NCBI RefSeq assembly: GCF_009914755.1
Contig: NC_060929.1
From: the human T2T-CHM13v2.0 reference genome, Homo sapiens
Reading direction: 5' to 3' (one strand)
Length of the DNA: 64,000 nucleotides
Shown: positions 41,841-55,528 of the stretch, one piece after another
How positions within the stretch are numbered: the first letter of the stretch is position 1
Layout of the letters: every line of letters begins with the position of its first letter
Notes under the pieces: model-generated
The model's database searches: none
Seen by the model: only the letters and a program-made list of their open reading frames with translations
What the model was told of the DNA's origin: nothing
Translations under genes and position numbers: made by a program

Positions 41841-43819
41841 CTCCCCTTAGCAGTGGGAAGCCATTAGAGATCTTAATTCAAGGAAATATGTGATCTGTTT
41901 CAGGAAGACAATTTGATAAAAGTAGATAAATTGGAAGAGAAGAGATTATTAGAGGTGGCAACAGGCTTTGAGAGTGCCGCAGTTGGCCAGATCCTTGATA
42001 AAGACCATAAGTGAGCCAACGGTGGAAGAGTAGAAACTAGATACATGTCAGTATGTTAGGTAAATATTGAGGTAATAGACCCAACATCTAACTGATCTGT
42101 CCCTCTCTGCTGTATTCATTCACTTCTATTCTGCTATGCATGGCTCAAAAAGGAGACATTAATTCCATTTCTCTCCCTCTTTCCTTATCACCATTCCTCC
42201 AACTTCAGAGTAAGGGACAAAGTGGTAGAGGCAGGGAGATGAAATTAGAGGACGTACAACGCTCTAAGGAAAGCTCAGTTGCATCGTCTCAAAAAGATTC
42301 AGGGATAAGTTAGCAGGAGTAGCATGAATAAATGCTCAGTATCAGGACAGAGCTTGCTAGTGCCCCCAGAACCCTGGCAAGGCCACTTTATTTCAAAACC
42401 AGCCTCCTTGTAGGCCGGGGTTGCTTAAAAATACACCTTCCCCTTTCACTTTTTTTTACTTTGCATATGAGGAACATGGAAAACTGAAAAGGGCAATATT
42501 TGAAGGCAAATGATCCAGTATTAATTTAAAAACAATTGCCTTCTGTGGACATGGCCTCAATGTTCACCAAATGTTAGTAATAAGCAGAAACATTCTCCTA
42601 ACAGGTGCAGTTGCCGCAATGAATGTCGCAGCAGGCACACGCACACAGCGTTTTATCTACAGTTGGGTCATTGAAACTAAGTGCAGAATAATGTAAATAT
42701 ATGACTGCTCAGATGTATTTGGAGAAAGTCATTTGCCCAATGGTAACTGATGCTTATTGAGGACTGGGGAGCACAATGAAAGTGTTGCAAATCACCCCAT
42801 ATTTCTGTTGCCACCTGTATAAGCACTCAACAGGCAGAACAGAATAAAATGTGAATTTGTCTTTGGGGCAGTATATAATTCCACCTATTTTTTCCGTCTT
42901 GGGTATCCTTTCATTCCTTTTTCACACAACAGCTTTCTTTGATTTTTAAAAAATGTGCCATGTAGTATACATTTATTTCTCTTTGCTCCCCCTCATGTTG
43001 TGGGGGGAAAAAAATCCCTGAACAGATGTTGTGTTACGATTGCCAAACTAATTTTGCTTTTGATGTTCCGTGCTCAAAGCTACTTTTTGGAGAACACATT
43101 GGTTAAATGTACTCCTTGTTGTGTACTGTACATTTAATAGCAGGAAGACAGTTGGAAAAGGATTATAACGCAGTTCCTGAAAATGCGAGTGTCGAGTATT
43201 CAAAGATAAGCAGAAAGAAAAATCTGGCAGAGTCCACATGATGAGACACAAAGGTTGCAGTTACAAGTCTGTTAGCTATTAAAAACAATGTTACATTTTT
43301 ATGAGGTATACATAGCAATGAAATGCTCAGGGCAGGGAAGAATTTAGCAACATCCCAAAGATGCAACTTGATAAACATTAGAAATTAGAATAAAATGAAT
43401 GAAAATATTCAAAATTAACAACAAACAATTCTCAGGAAAACTGCTCCTAAAAGCAGTTGGCAGTGAATCTGCAAAGGTTAGGCTCTCATCTTCCGAAACA
43501 AAAACACATACGCATATTTTTTTTCTAGCCAATATCCTTTGTAGTGAAAAGTGGAAGATTACAATCAAGTTTTATTGAAACACAGTGTATCCTTAAAAGA
43601 AGTTGCTGCCAGCTTGGCCATTTTCAACTGGAGAAATACTGAAATGATGGACAGAGAGATGAGTGAGATACAGAGGTAGATGAACGTGCTTGAGGTTTTA
43701 TGAGGAAATGCAATACACAGGAAACAAAAAAATACATAGAAATAAAAGATGATTATGGAATGTGGATCCATTGATTGCTTTTGAGAGAGAACACAATAAA
43801 AAATGGTGTTCATGGGCAC

Positions 43820-44497
43820 TGTATTCGCTTACTAGGGCTGCCATAACAAAGTAGTATGACTGGGTGGATTAAACAACAGAAACTTAGTTTTTCACAATTC
43901 TGGAGGCCACAAGTCTGAGATGAATGCGTTGGCAGAGTTAGTTTCATTCTGAGGCTTCTCTCCTTGGCTCATGGGTGTCTGCCTCCTCCCTGTTTCCACA
44001 CGGTGTTCCTCCTGTATCTGTATCTGTATCCTAGTCTCCGTTTCTTATAGGAACATCAGTCATATAGGATGAGGGCTGGTCAATGACCTCATTTAACCTT
44101 AATTACCTCTTTAAAGACCTAGTCTCAGCACAGTGTCTCACGCGTGTAATCCCAGCACTTTGGGAGGCTGAGATGGGTGCATCACAAGGTCAGGAGTTTG
44201 AGACCAGCCTGACCAACATGGTGAAACCCCATCTCTACTAAAAATACAAAAATTAGCCAGGCATGGTGGCGGGCACCTGTAATCCCAGCTACTCAGGAGG
44301 CTGAGGCAGGAGAATCACTAGAATCCAGGAGGCGGAGCTTGCAGTGAGCCAAGATTGCGCCATTGCACTCCAGCCTGGGGGACAGGGCGAGACTCAGTTA
44401 CAAAAAAAAAACCTAGTCTCCAAATGCAGTCACATTATGGGGTACTGGGGATTATGACTTCAACATATGAATTTGAAAGTGAGAGGGATAATTCAGT
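43820..44497 (-). mobile_element. MaLR LTR (MLT1A-C type) with nested Alu
   Basis: tgtattcgcttactagggctgccataacaaag...caattctggagg...gacctcatttaaccttaattacctct...gacttcaacatatgaattt. Confidence 0.85.
44127..44411 (+). mobile_element. AluS (Sg/Sq-like)
   Basis: Alu dimer; TSD acctagtctc on both sides. Confidence 0.95.
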
Positions 44498-44510
44498 TTA
44501 AAATATGCAC

Positions 44511-44900
44511 CAATGATAGACTGGATTAAGAAAATGTGGCACATATATACCATGGAATACTATGTAGCCATAAAAAATGATGAGTTCATGTCCTTTGTAG
44601 GGACATGGATGAAGTTGGAAATCATCATTCTCAGTAAACTATCACAAGAACAAAAAACCAAACACTGCATATTCTCACTCATAGGTGGGAATTGAACAAT
44701 GAGAACACATGGACAGGAAGGGGAACATCACACTCTGGGGACTGTTGTGGGGTGGGGGGAGGGGGGAGGGATAGCATTGGGAGATATACCTAATGCTAGA
44801 TGACGCGTTAGTGGGTGCAGCGCACCAGCATGGCACATGTATACATATGTAACTAACCTGTACATTGTGCACATGTACCCTAAAACTTAAAGTATAATAA
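44511..44900 (+). mobile_element. 5'-truncated young L1 (L1PA2-like, GCG/A)
   Basis: ORF2 C-terminus MIDWIKKMW...LIGGN plus 3'UTR; GCG at 44805-44807 and cttaaagta; flanked by ...tatgcaccaa repeats. Confidence 0.92.
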
Positions 44901-47900
44901 TTTAAAAATATATATATATGCACCAAATACATGACCTAACATTGAACACCTGTTCAGCATCCAGAACTGAGCTACATGTCAGGGTTACACAGAAGTGGTC
45001 TCTGGTTCTTGTCCTCAAGGACAGGAGCTTGCAAACAAGTGTGACAGATAATGCATATAGATCTCTATACTAAAGCATTTAAAACACCCTTCATAGAGCA
45101 CTAGAACATATATGTTTAAAAAAATACAAATGATTGTATAAGTTAATGAAATTGAGGAATATATGCAGAACCCGTGACATTTGAGCTGTGACTTGAAAAA
45201 TAGACAGGAACTCAGTAGAGAGCAGTTCTAAAGGGTATGTCAGGGAGGAACCATGGCAGCCCAGCCAAGGCACAGACATGTTAGAGGGACTTAGTGAAGG
45301 CTTATAGCACGCCCAAGGAGCCATCAAAGCACCAACAAATGAATCAATACAAAAGTCATTAAAATGCTCTAAGAGATGTAGTAATATATTCTAGACAATT
45401 AAGGGAAAACTTAAATTATATGTAAAATCCAACTTTAAGGTTGGGTCTCCATGAATTTTTGACCAAACTGTTGCTCCAACTTTAGAATCCAAAAACAATT
45501 CTAAAGAGTACATTAGAAATTCCTGATCCTCCTGGTATTTGGAGCAGAGGTAGATTGCAAGTTAGAATGAAAATCAAGCTAACACATTTGCACAGGTATA
45601 TGGACGTGATTTTATGTACATAAGGTATCTATCAGGGACTCACCATATTGAAATGTTCAGAAAAGTTAATGCTATTTTCATTCTCATTCATCTTAAGAGA
45701 AAACTCAAGATTGTACTATCTCAGATAACCAAAAAGATAATTCTTCTAGTAAAGATGGTGAATATAACCTCTTGTGTGACTGTGTAAACTTTGTAAACTC
45801 ATCAACTGAGAACATAGTCATCTTTTGACAAGTGGATCTATTCCAACTCAGTTTATTTTTCTGATCAAGGTAAAAAACATAGTCCTTGGAATGTTATTCA
45901 TGCAGCTTAAATGGAATTCAGGGAAGTCAAAAAGCACAGGGCTTCACATTGATAAGTGATTTCCATCTGATTCCTGAATTAATTATGCATATTAATTCCC
46001 ACATTCTATCTCAACCTCTCAAACACCACAATATTTATTTGTAGCATACCCCATTTCAAAACACCCAGAGGAAGGAAAAGGGCCTTGTTATTCACTCCAG
46101 ACAGGGAGCAACGTAATTATCTATCTATCCTGAGGCATGCAGCTCCCCAATTATGTGCCTATTCTTGTGCGAGTTCAATCTACAGATAGTAATAACTACA
46201 AAGGTCCTAAAACCAGGTCTCAATGAGTTGACATACAACAGGTTGAGAATAACTGAAACCACACTTCTCCAGGAAGATCTGAACACAAGAAACCATTAAG
46301 GATATATGGTAGATCTGACAGGAATGTCCAGGCTCTCTTCTTTAAAAAATAAAAATAAAAAAATTGTGAAGAAGGAAAGCATTTTGATGCTGAGTGTCTT
46401 CTGTTTTCCTGATCCCATGCTGTCTAGGTCGAATGCAACCCTCTTGCTTCAGAGCCATTATGCAACCCTCTTGCTTCAGAGCCATTTACTGCACTCTTGG
46501 AATTTGAAACTACACTTGCTCAAAGTGTAAATTTTTAACGATTGGATGTTTATAAACTGATATCTTCAGGATAATGTGTCCTTATTTAATAAATTCTAAA
46601 AATTAATATGTGTGATGCTGTGACACTGATGCTCTCTCTCACCCAGCCCACTGGATCTGGATTTCCTGGACCTGGCAAGGAAGGATACAAGAAGAATACA
46701 GAGAATTTGTAGTAATGAAGGTCCAAGGAAGGGGCTGCTGTAGACTATCTTTAAGACCTCCGGCATTTCCTTTGTGGCTTATTAAACATGTCACCAGAAG
46801 GATTACACCAGGACTTTAGTGTTTCATTGTTTTTCTCCATCTATCCAAGACCAAGACTTAGTATGTTATATTCAGTAAAACATAGACTGATCTTTTTAAT
46901 TTTGGATATGAGACTTGATGCCATCCACAAACAGAAGCATTCCAAATAGTCTCCATATTAGCACAGCATCCCACCACCACTCAGGCCTGTCTCTAATTAT
47001 TTTGTCCAAACACAGGACATTTTAAAATGCTAACACAAATGTTAATGAGTATTTCATATGCAATATAAATATTGTACACATATCTATATGCAAACAGATG
47101 ATCATAATGTATTTTTAAACAGTGATAATAGTTGTTTTACTGATTGAAAAAAATAATTATATCCTGCTAACTAACGAAATTTTAGAAATATATAGTTTTT
47201 TTCCAAAAATTCACAAACTTACTAAAAATAATAAAAGATAAGTGCTATCTAACCATTAAGTATTCAGATGAACTCTTTGAGAATATGGAATAGAAAATGT
47301 AATAACATCTCAATTACCTAAGCAAATGGCCTTCTGATTTGTGCTATTATCTATTTTTGGCAACCATTATTCCAAAACTGCATTCCCACTTAAAAAATAA
47401 AAGAAGAAAAATGTGCAGACGTGTAAATGGAATTGAAGGCTACAGTGACAGGGGAGTTTCTAGTTGCTAGGGAAACCAGATGCTTTGTGTGCCACATTTA
47501 AATGGCTTACTCATTGGCAAACTAAACATGGCCTTGTGACTTTCTGTGAAAAATAAAAGTTAAAATTATATAAAAATATATGTATTAAATGAACAGCAAA
47601 AAATTGTTCTTACAACCTATGAGCATTTCTATTCAGTCAGCACATTGACTGAAATATCTCACTGTTGTTGAGAAATAAAAATAATACTAGTGGACATTAT
47701 AGATAATGCCAGTGAGCAGAGCTGAAAATATCAAAGCATTATTAGCTGTTATGTTTATACTGTAAATGGATAAAAATTATTTTTTAATCAACAAACATTT
47801 GAGTACCTACACTGTGCAGGCACAGAATTACTGTGATGTTTGTGGTTAATGCTGCACTTTGAAGGGATCTTCTTACACCAGCTACTCGCTATCAAATAAA

Positions 47901-50239
47901 ATACAACATAGAAGAATCCAGGGCCACGTAAAGTTATTATGAACACCGCCCACCAAAGCACGATTAGGTATCATCATGCTTATTAAGCAGGCATTGAAGC
48001 AAATGTTCAGAGGGATTAAATAACATAACCAAGTGTCCTTCTAATCATTTTTTGTGTGTAGATATATTTCCAACTAGAATGCATGACTTTTGAGGGTATG
48101 AAGAATGAATTACACTAAAAAGGGAAAAAAACAATAAAAGACATCCCATTGACATTCAATGTGTGTGTTAATTGAATTATGACTTGTAAGTTATATCTTC
48201 TGACTGTCTCATCTGACTCTTGGATCACAGATTCAGTCTTCTCCATGCAAGAATGTATCTGGCCTTTGTCTGTTGCTTCTTTTCCTCCTGTAAATCCCCT
48301 TTAACATATCCCATGTATATTATCAACTCCATCCCTTTTGACTTGAATACATGACTCATACTTAGCATTGTTTTCCCTATTTTCCTTTAAAGGCAATCAA
48401 AAGTAGAGTTTCACATTTATTAGGTTTGTCTTCAGAGGTTTCAAGCACTGGATAATTCCCTCCTCAGGTTCACTCCCCATTGTACCTTCCCATTGGCCTT
48501 AAGATTTTTCATTCTTAGGGCAATGCATCATCTGCCTATTCCACAAAATGTTGTTTTCCAAGCCAAAGATGACCTTCACTTGATTTCTTTATTCGAGATA
48601 AGTATTGTTTACACTTATAATTTATAATTTCTTATAAAGAAAAAATATTTATGTAATTTAGGAGTTATTATTTTTACACTCTGTTCAAATAAGATTTCAC
48701 AATTGATGATTTGGGAGGAAAAATAATAATGGTCCACTTAGAACAGAATTATTGGGGCCTATTTGAATGACATATTTATTAGAAAACTAAAGGTTTGGTT
48801 CAAATATGCTCAAAGTTTTTATTTGTGAAGGATAAGTCATCTCTATCTGAGAAGAAAAGAATAAAAACAAAAGAAAATATAAAGATAAAAGAGAGGCAAA
48901 TAATAGAGGAAAAAGCCAGCCATGGGTAATTCACAGGGAAAATATTGGCCTTATGTGGTAGGATTATTTTCCTCTTTTTGCTCTGTGACTTGGTAAAAAC
49001 AGAAGAAGGAGTTGTGAACAAAGAATTTAAAGGAAAATGAGAAATCTTTCTATGAATATCTTTCAATCAGGAAATTTCCATGTTTTTCTCCATGTACGGG
49101 AGGATCTTTTACACTGACATATTACATAGGTCTGCAGAAGAATTTGAACAGAAATACGAAATATCAAGATAAGTCGAAGCTTTCAAACCCGGGAGGAAAA
49201 TTGAGAAAATAAACTTGTATTAAGCAGCAATTTACTAGAGTATAATCTGTAATAGTAATGTATTTAAGTGTGTTTGCCTTTCTATACGATTCTCTGTAAC
49301 TGTTTAATTTTTCTTATGTCAGTATTTTAATAATATGTTTATTGCTTAAATAATTATGATGTTTTTACAAACCATAATTAAGCAGTTAATTACTATATTT
49401 CTGTTAAGAGTTACTGTGAGAGTTTCATTGCTTTACCAGGATGTTTTGGTAAAAAGTGTAATGTCCAATTCTTGACAGCAAACCCCAATTATGAAAAATC
49501 AGAATGGCCTTGCACTGCCTCAAGGGTACAAATTATTCAAATGCAAGACTATGGAGAAAGAACATTACACAGATCGAGTCCAGTTCTAAAGCTGAAAATG
49601 TACACAGTGAAGAAAAATCTGGATGCAATACCTAAGAGCAAGAGGAGATGCAGGGCGTTTCTGGCCTCAGAAGGCACCATATTGCTGCACCTGGAGCAGG
49701 TCACCTGTCAGAGAGTTAGAGCCTCAAGGTCAAGTTATGAGAGATCTCTTCCTACAGCTATTAATGCCTAGTAAATGTCCAAAAAAACTGGAATTACTTG
49801 TACAGAATATTTTCTCATAATAAGAGTTACTGTCTGTTATGAGCCAGGAAATATTTTGCACATAAATTACAACTAATAGTAACAACAGTCCATGTATAAT
49901 TATCCTTAGTTTACAGATGTGGAAACTTCCCTGGGTGTTCATGTAGCTGGGAAAGTGACATCATAAGACAAAATTACAGACAAAGAGTTGCTTGATGTGG
50001 GATATGAAGAAATGGTTATTGATGCTGGAGACTCACAAGAATATATTAATATTTTCATTATTCTTAGAATTAAGTGCCTTGGACAGAAACATATTGCCAT
50101 TTGATGGGATTCTTGTGTTGTCAGCAACATCTTCAGGAATTCATTAAGACTACCACAGAAAATGAAATGCTATTTTGCTCCTGAAATTTTACCAGTAATT
50201 TTATTTCTGATAAAAAGAAAATGAGTATAGAGTTATATA

Positions 50240-50450
50240 GACTGGTGTGCTGTTCGTGCTTTCCCATTTACTACCTAACAAACATCAGGAAGGTTAGCTA
50301 ACATCTCTAAGGTTGAGTCTCAGCATCTGTGAAATGATTCTTTCCTCACAGGATTGGTGAGTGTTAATTGAGGTATGATACATGGAAGAGTCTAGTGTGG
50401 GAACTGCCATACCCTTTTCATAATACATAAGTGGTTTATCAATTAATATT
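50240..50450 (+). mobile_element. MIR SINE
   Basis: catctgtgaaatg...cctcacaggattggtgagtgttaattgagg. Confidence 0.55.
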
Positions 50451-52608
50451 GTATTATATCTTTTTGGCTAATCTTACTGTTCCAAATGGATTGCAAGTTC
50501 ATGGAGAATAACCCATATCTGAACATTCTTCAATATCTCTGGGGAGACCTAGGATACTGCTGGATATAACGTAGGCACGAAAAACTCCCAGTGATCAGAA
50601 AGTTCAAAGAAAAGACATCATAACAACTCTTAGTCTGCCCTAATAACTCTTGTATGCCACATTCCTCCTTCTACATCCCATCCATCGACTCCTAGGAAAT
50701 TACAGAAAGAAGTTACAGGGCCATGTATATGTCTCAAGGGCAACTCGGAAACGGGGGATTGGGAGAGTTGTAGTATTCAACAGGCCAGGCTGACATTGTA
50801 GCTCCTGGAGGAATGATGAAAAGAAATCAGGTGTCTTAAGGCCTTCAAGGCTGGAGAAGGTGGTGAAAGGGCTCCCCAGGGTTATACTTTGAATATTACA
50901 TGCATGCACCCATGCAACCTCCACCCTGCTACAGCAGGCTTTGCAGGGCACAAAATGACAGATTCTTTCCCCAGAAACTCGCTTTTTCTTATGCATAACC
51001 TTCCCCAATTATTCTCTTAAAGCCAGTAATAGTAGTCACTTTTCAAGAGATAGTTGATATTCATGGCACGATATTTTAAAGGAAATGAAGAATTTGAGGC
51101 ACCCTGGTGTTGCTTTCCTTCTTCAAGCTCACTGAACAGTTGAGACTAGAACCCAGAAAGCTTCACATTTCTAGGTCAAATTTCTCTTAATCCACTTAAG
51201 TATAAGGTATTATTTGTTGACATATATACGTACCCACATATATACATACTCATGCATATATATTTATACATATATACACATATATACATATAAGCATATG
51301 TATTAGTATATATACACATGTAAGCATTTATATATACATACACACATATTTACACACACACACATAGATAATTTGGAGGGAATCAATTATCCTCAGAATG
51401 AGTTTTCACAGTAAACATAAATTCAAATATAGGAAAATAATTGACACTCTAAATCATATGCTGTAAATATTCATTAGTGTTGTGTTACTTAAATTCCAGC
51501 AAGCTATTTCATAGCAAGTATACTTCATCCGTTCAATATTTGTGTATCTATTTGAAAAATAAGTTTAAAAAGGGAAAAGTATTATCAAATAAATTATAAA
51601 ATATTTTTATATTAAAAACACAAAAACAAAAAATGGGTTTTAATTTTGTTAGCTGTTTTATGGAAAGCTTTCTGTATTTTAGTTTAGAAGCAATCAAATT
51701 TATAGCAAACCACCCCTAGTAAACTTGTGAATATAACAAGTTTATATAACAAGTAATATAACATACATGGATAATTGTTATGTGACATATTTAAAATCAC
51801 CTTTCAATAATACTTCTTGCTTCTTTAAATAGAAAAAATTATAAAGTATACGAATCATAAGTCATCAGTATAAATTATAATTTCTCTTGGAAATTAAAGA
51901 TTTTCCATCTTTTTCACTTTTTTACCCCGGGGAGTGGCCGACATAAATAGGAGAAATGGCTGTCCCTGACAGTTTGAAAGGTAGAGAGAATCAAAGACAG
52001 AAGAAGTGAAGAAAGAGGAGGCTGGAATTATACCTTCTACTTGGTGGAAGGCCTGATGACTCTGAACTTGCGCCTCCTCCTCAGCTCACCTCTGCCCACA
52101 CCACCACTGTGTCTTTCAGGGCCTCTGGCTCCTGTAGGTACATAATTATCAAGCCTCCTAGCTTAGATCTTTCCCAAAACGGTAACCTACAATTGACTGA
52201 CTAGGGCCATGACAAGTTAATTAACCATTGTGGGCCACTTCAAAAAAAGTTCCAGAGGAATTAAGAGTAAGGGAAGTGCAGGCTAGGTAAATCAATGCCC
52301 TAACATTTCTCCAATCCTTGAAAATCTCTTGTTCTTAATTGAAGACAGAGCCAATCTCTGCATATAATCATTTGCCTCTGATTCAAGGAAAATCAAGAGA
52401 AACTTTGTTAGCAGATGCTCTGTTGTTAGAAATTCATTGCAAAAATAACTAAAACCTTTAAAAAAAATGCAGAAAACCTGCTGCTTCTAAGAAGACATCT
52501 GAAGGCAAAGAGAAGTCTTCATTCATTTGGAAAAATTCCAATCACCAAAAGACGTTTATTCTAATGAGTTGTCATGAAGTGTTAAGCGATATAGAGATCT
52601 GTGCATTG

Positions 52609-52852
52609 CCAAAATTTGCCCTTCTTCATCCATGACTCTCCCTCCTTCCAGAGCTGGTCCTGATGGGGATAAGAGCTCTTCCTTCTAGTGCTATTGTTCT
52701 TCATCTTGTTTTGGTGAGTATAAAAACAAACCAAAATTTGCCCTTCTTCCTCCATGACTCTCCCTCCTTCCAGAGCTGGTGCTGATGGGGATAAGAGCTC
52801 TTTCTTCTAGTGCTGTTGTTCTTCATCTTGTTTTGGTGAGTATAAAAACAAA
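52609..52852. repeat. 122-bp tandem duplication (2 copies, 4 mismatches)
   Basis: ccaaaatttgcccttcttc...ggtgagtataaaaacaaa at 52609-52730 and 52731-52852. Confidence 0.97.
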
Positions 52853-53201
52853 CTAAACAAAAAACACACTCCCCCAAGAAAAAAATGTGCATGTCAAAAT
52901 CTATACCTTGGCCACAAAAATCTCAAATTTCCACTCTAAAGTTCTTTTGCATAAAATTTACTTCTACCTTTCCTTTCATGCTCTGAAAAATAAATTGTAT
53001 GACCAACCATCTCCATTGCCCATGTGAAAAATCAGACTTTCGATTAAGATCCCGGTGAAAGTGAACTATATTCCTTGTGATTAATTCCTGGAATTGGCTT
53101 GAATTTTACCCATATCATTCTCACCCTTGGTTCTTTAAACTCACTCAACAATATTTATAAAAATCCTAGGATGTATAAAGCACTGGGAAGAGGCAGGGAA
53201 T

Positions 53202-53370
53202 GCCTGTTGTGGGGTGGGGGTAGCGGGGAGGGATAGCATTAGGAGATATACCTAATGGTAAATGATGAGTTAATGGGTGCAGCACACCAACATGGCACAT
53301 GTATACATATGTAACTAACCTGCATGTTGTGCACATGTACTCTAAAACTTAAAGAATAATAAAAAAAAAA
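53202..53370 (+). mobile_element. Short L1PA (PA4/5-like) 3' end
   Basis: ggggtggggg...gagatatacctaatg...gagttaatgggtgcagcacaccaacatggcac...aaaacttaaag plus poly(A). Confidence 0.92.
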
Positions 53371-54277
53371 GAGAGAAAGGTGAATCTTGCAGACAACTAT
53401 TGAGATAAATCCAAGAGCACAAAAGAAACACTTACCTGGGATGAAGTTGCCTCCACACTCCTCCCTCTCCTTAACCCTCACAGCACCTCCACCACTCTAT
53501 GCCTTGGACCAACTAGACTAGTCTAATTGTTTGCTTGTACCTCCTCATCCCGGTCATCACATGAGACCCATGACTCCAAGATCATTCCTCTTCCCCTGGA
53601 TATTAACCTTCATATGTCTCCAGAGGCTGCCTTGTCTGATCCCATCCCCAACCCCCCATCTCCTGACATCTTTTCTTTCACCTAGATGAAACTCTAGGCA
53701 AATTATCAACCCTAACCCTTAGACTCAGCATCTTCTCTGAAAGTCTCCATCACCTTCTAAACTTGACTGAAACCTGGCTCTCCCTGAGTACAGGGATTCC
53801 TTTCCAGACCTCTTGAGCAGTGGCTGTTTAGTCCTCCACTCCCTGTGTGCTATGGGGTCTGGGGCTGGAATGAGTGACTCTCCTGTTTACCATTTCTAGA
53901 ACACTTTTCCTCTCTTCCCCATCAAAAATCCCAGCATTGAATCATCCTGTGCTTTGCCTCCTTGGCCTTCTTGCTGCGGTCACCTCCCGCGCCTCTCCCA
54001 GAAGAGTTCAGCTGCTGACTACTGACACTCTTTCCCAATACTTTCCTATTCTGCCACACTTCCCATCCTTCCAACAATCTGGCCTCTCCATTCTTTCTTC
54101 AAAAGATCTTCCCCTTAGCCCCACCTTGGCCACTTATTCCCATGGTCATACATTATTTTTATCTGAATTTCAATAATCCCACACATCATCACTATCTTTT
54201 AACTTTTCAACCCACACTGCCTATAAACACAAATCTTGGGTTATGGACTGAATGTTTGAAAATTTATGTCATTTTCT

Positions 54278-54658
54278 TCAATTTTTATTTTAAGTTCAGG
54301 GGTACACTGCATGATGTGCAGTTTTGTCACATAGATAAATGTGTGACATGGTGGTTTGCTGCACAGATCATTCCATCACCTGCGTATTAAGCTCAGAGGC
54401 CATTAGCTTTTCTTCCTGATGCCCTCCTTCCCCCTACACCCACTCTGACTAGCGCCAGTGTGTGTTGTTCCCCCTCATGTGTCCATGTCTTCTCATGATT
54501 TAACTCCCACTTACAAAGGAGAACGTGCGGTGTTTGGTTTTCTGTTCCTGCTTTTGTTTGCTGAGGAGAATGGCTTCCAATCCCATCCATGTTCCTGCAA
54601 ACATGATCTTGTTCTGCTTTATGGTGGCATAGTATCCCATGGTGTATATGTAGCACAC
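54278..54658 (-). mobile_element. Older L1PA (about PA10-13) 3' end
   Basis: ttttattttaagttcaggggtacac...ggtggtttgctgcacagatc...ctcccacttac...tttggttttctgttcctg. Confidence 0.85.
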
Positions 54659-54809
54659 CAAAATTCATATCTTGAAGCTCTAACCCCTAATGTGAGGATG
54701 TTTGGAGGTGTTGCCTTTGGGAAGTGATTAGGTTTAGATGAGGTCATGAGGGTGGGGCCCCATGGTGGGGCTAGTGTCCTGAAAAGAAGAGAAATAAAGG
54801 GCAGAGCAT

Positions 54810-54850
<41 letters not shown>

Positions 54851-54980
54851 ACCCCCATCCCTCTGTCTTTCTGCCATATGAGGACACAGCAAGAAAGTGA
54901 CCAGGAAGAGGGCTTTCACCAGGAACTCAATCTTCTAGCACCCTGATTTTAGACTTCCCAACTTCCAGAACCATGAGAAG

Positions 54981-55528
54981 TATATTAGTCAGGACTCTCT
55001 AAAGGGACAGAACTAATAGGATAGATGTATATATGAAGGGGAGTTTATTAGAAGAATTGACTCACACAATCACAAGGTGAAATCTCACAATAGGCTGTCT
55101 GCAAGCTGAGGAGCAAGGAAGCCAGTTCCAGTCCCAAAACCTCAAAAGTAGGGAAGCCGACAGTGTAGCCTTCAGTCTGTGGCTGAAGTCCCGAGAAGCC
55201 CTGGCAAATCACTGGTGTAAATCCAAGAGTCCAAAAGCATAAGAACTCAGTGTCTGATGTTCAAGGGTAGGAAGCATCCAACACAGGAGAAAGATAACAA
55301 CTGGAAGATCCAGCAAGTCTGCTCATTCCACTTTCTTCTGCCTTCTTTATTCTAGGCACCCTGGCAGCTGCTCAGATGGTGCCCAATCAGATTCAGGGTG
55401 GGTCTGCCTCTCCCAATCCACTGACTCAAATGTTAATCTCCTTTGACAACACCCTTACCAGCACATCCAGGAACAATACTTTGCATCCTTCAATCCAATC
55501 AAGTTGACACTCCATATTAACCATCACA
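54981..55528 (-). mobile_element. MLT2A2-like HERV-L solo LTR
   Basis: attagtcagg...gggacagaactaataggatagatg...ctgcaagctgaggagcaaggaagcc...attaaccatcaca; near-TSD agaag/agagg. Confidence 0.88.

Noticed and set aside
51220-51370. (TA/CA)-rich tracts here and at 36848-36880, 40680-40735, 54811-54845 and 61755-61795
   Set aside because: Ordinary low-complexity microsatellites with no further structure
53428-53440. Perfect minus-strand donor CAG|gtaagt
   Set aside because: No plausible acceptor or promoter evidence upstream; single 9-mers occur by chance
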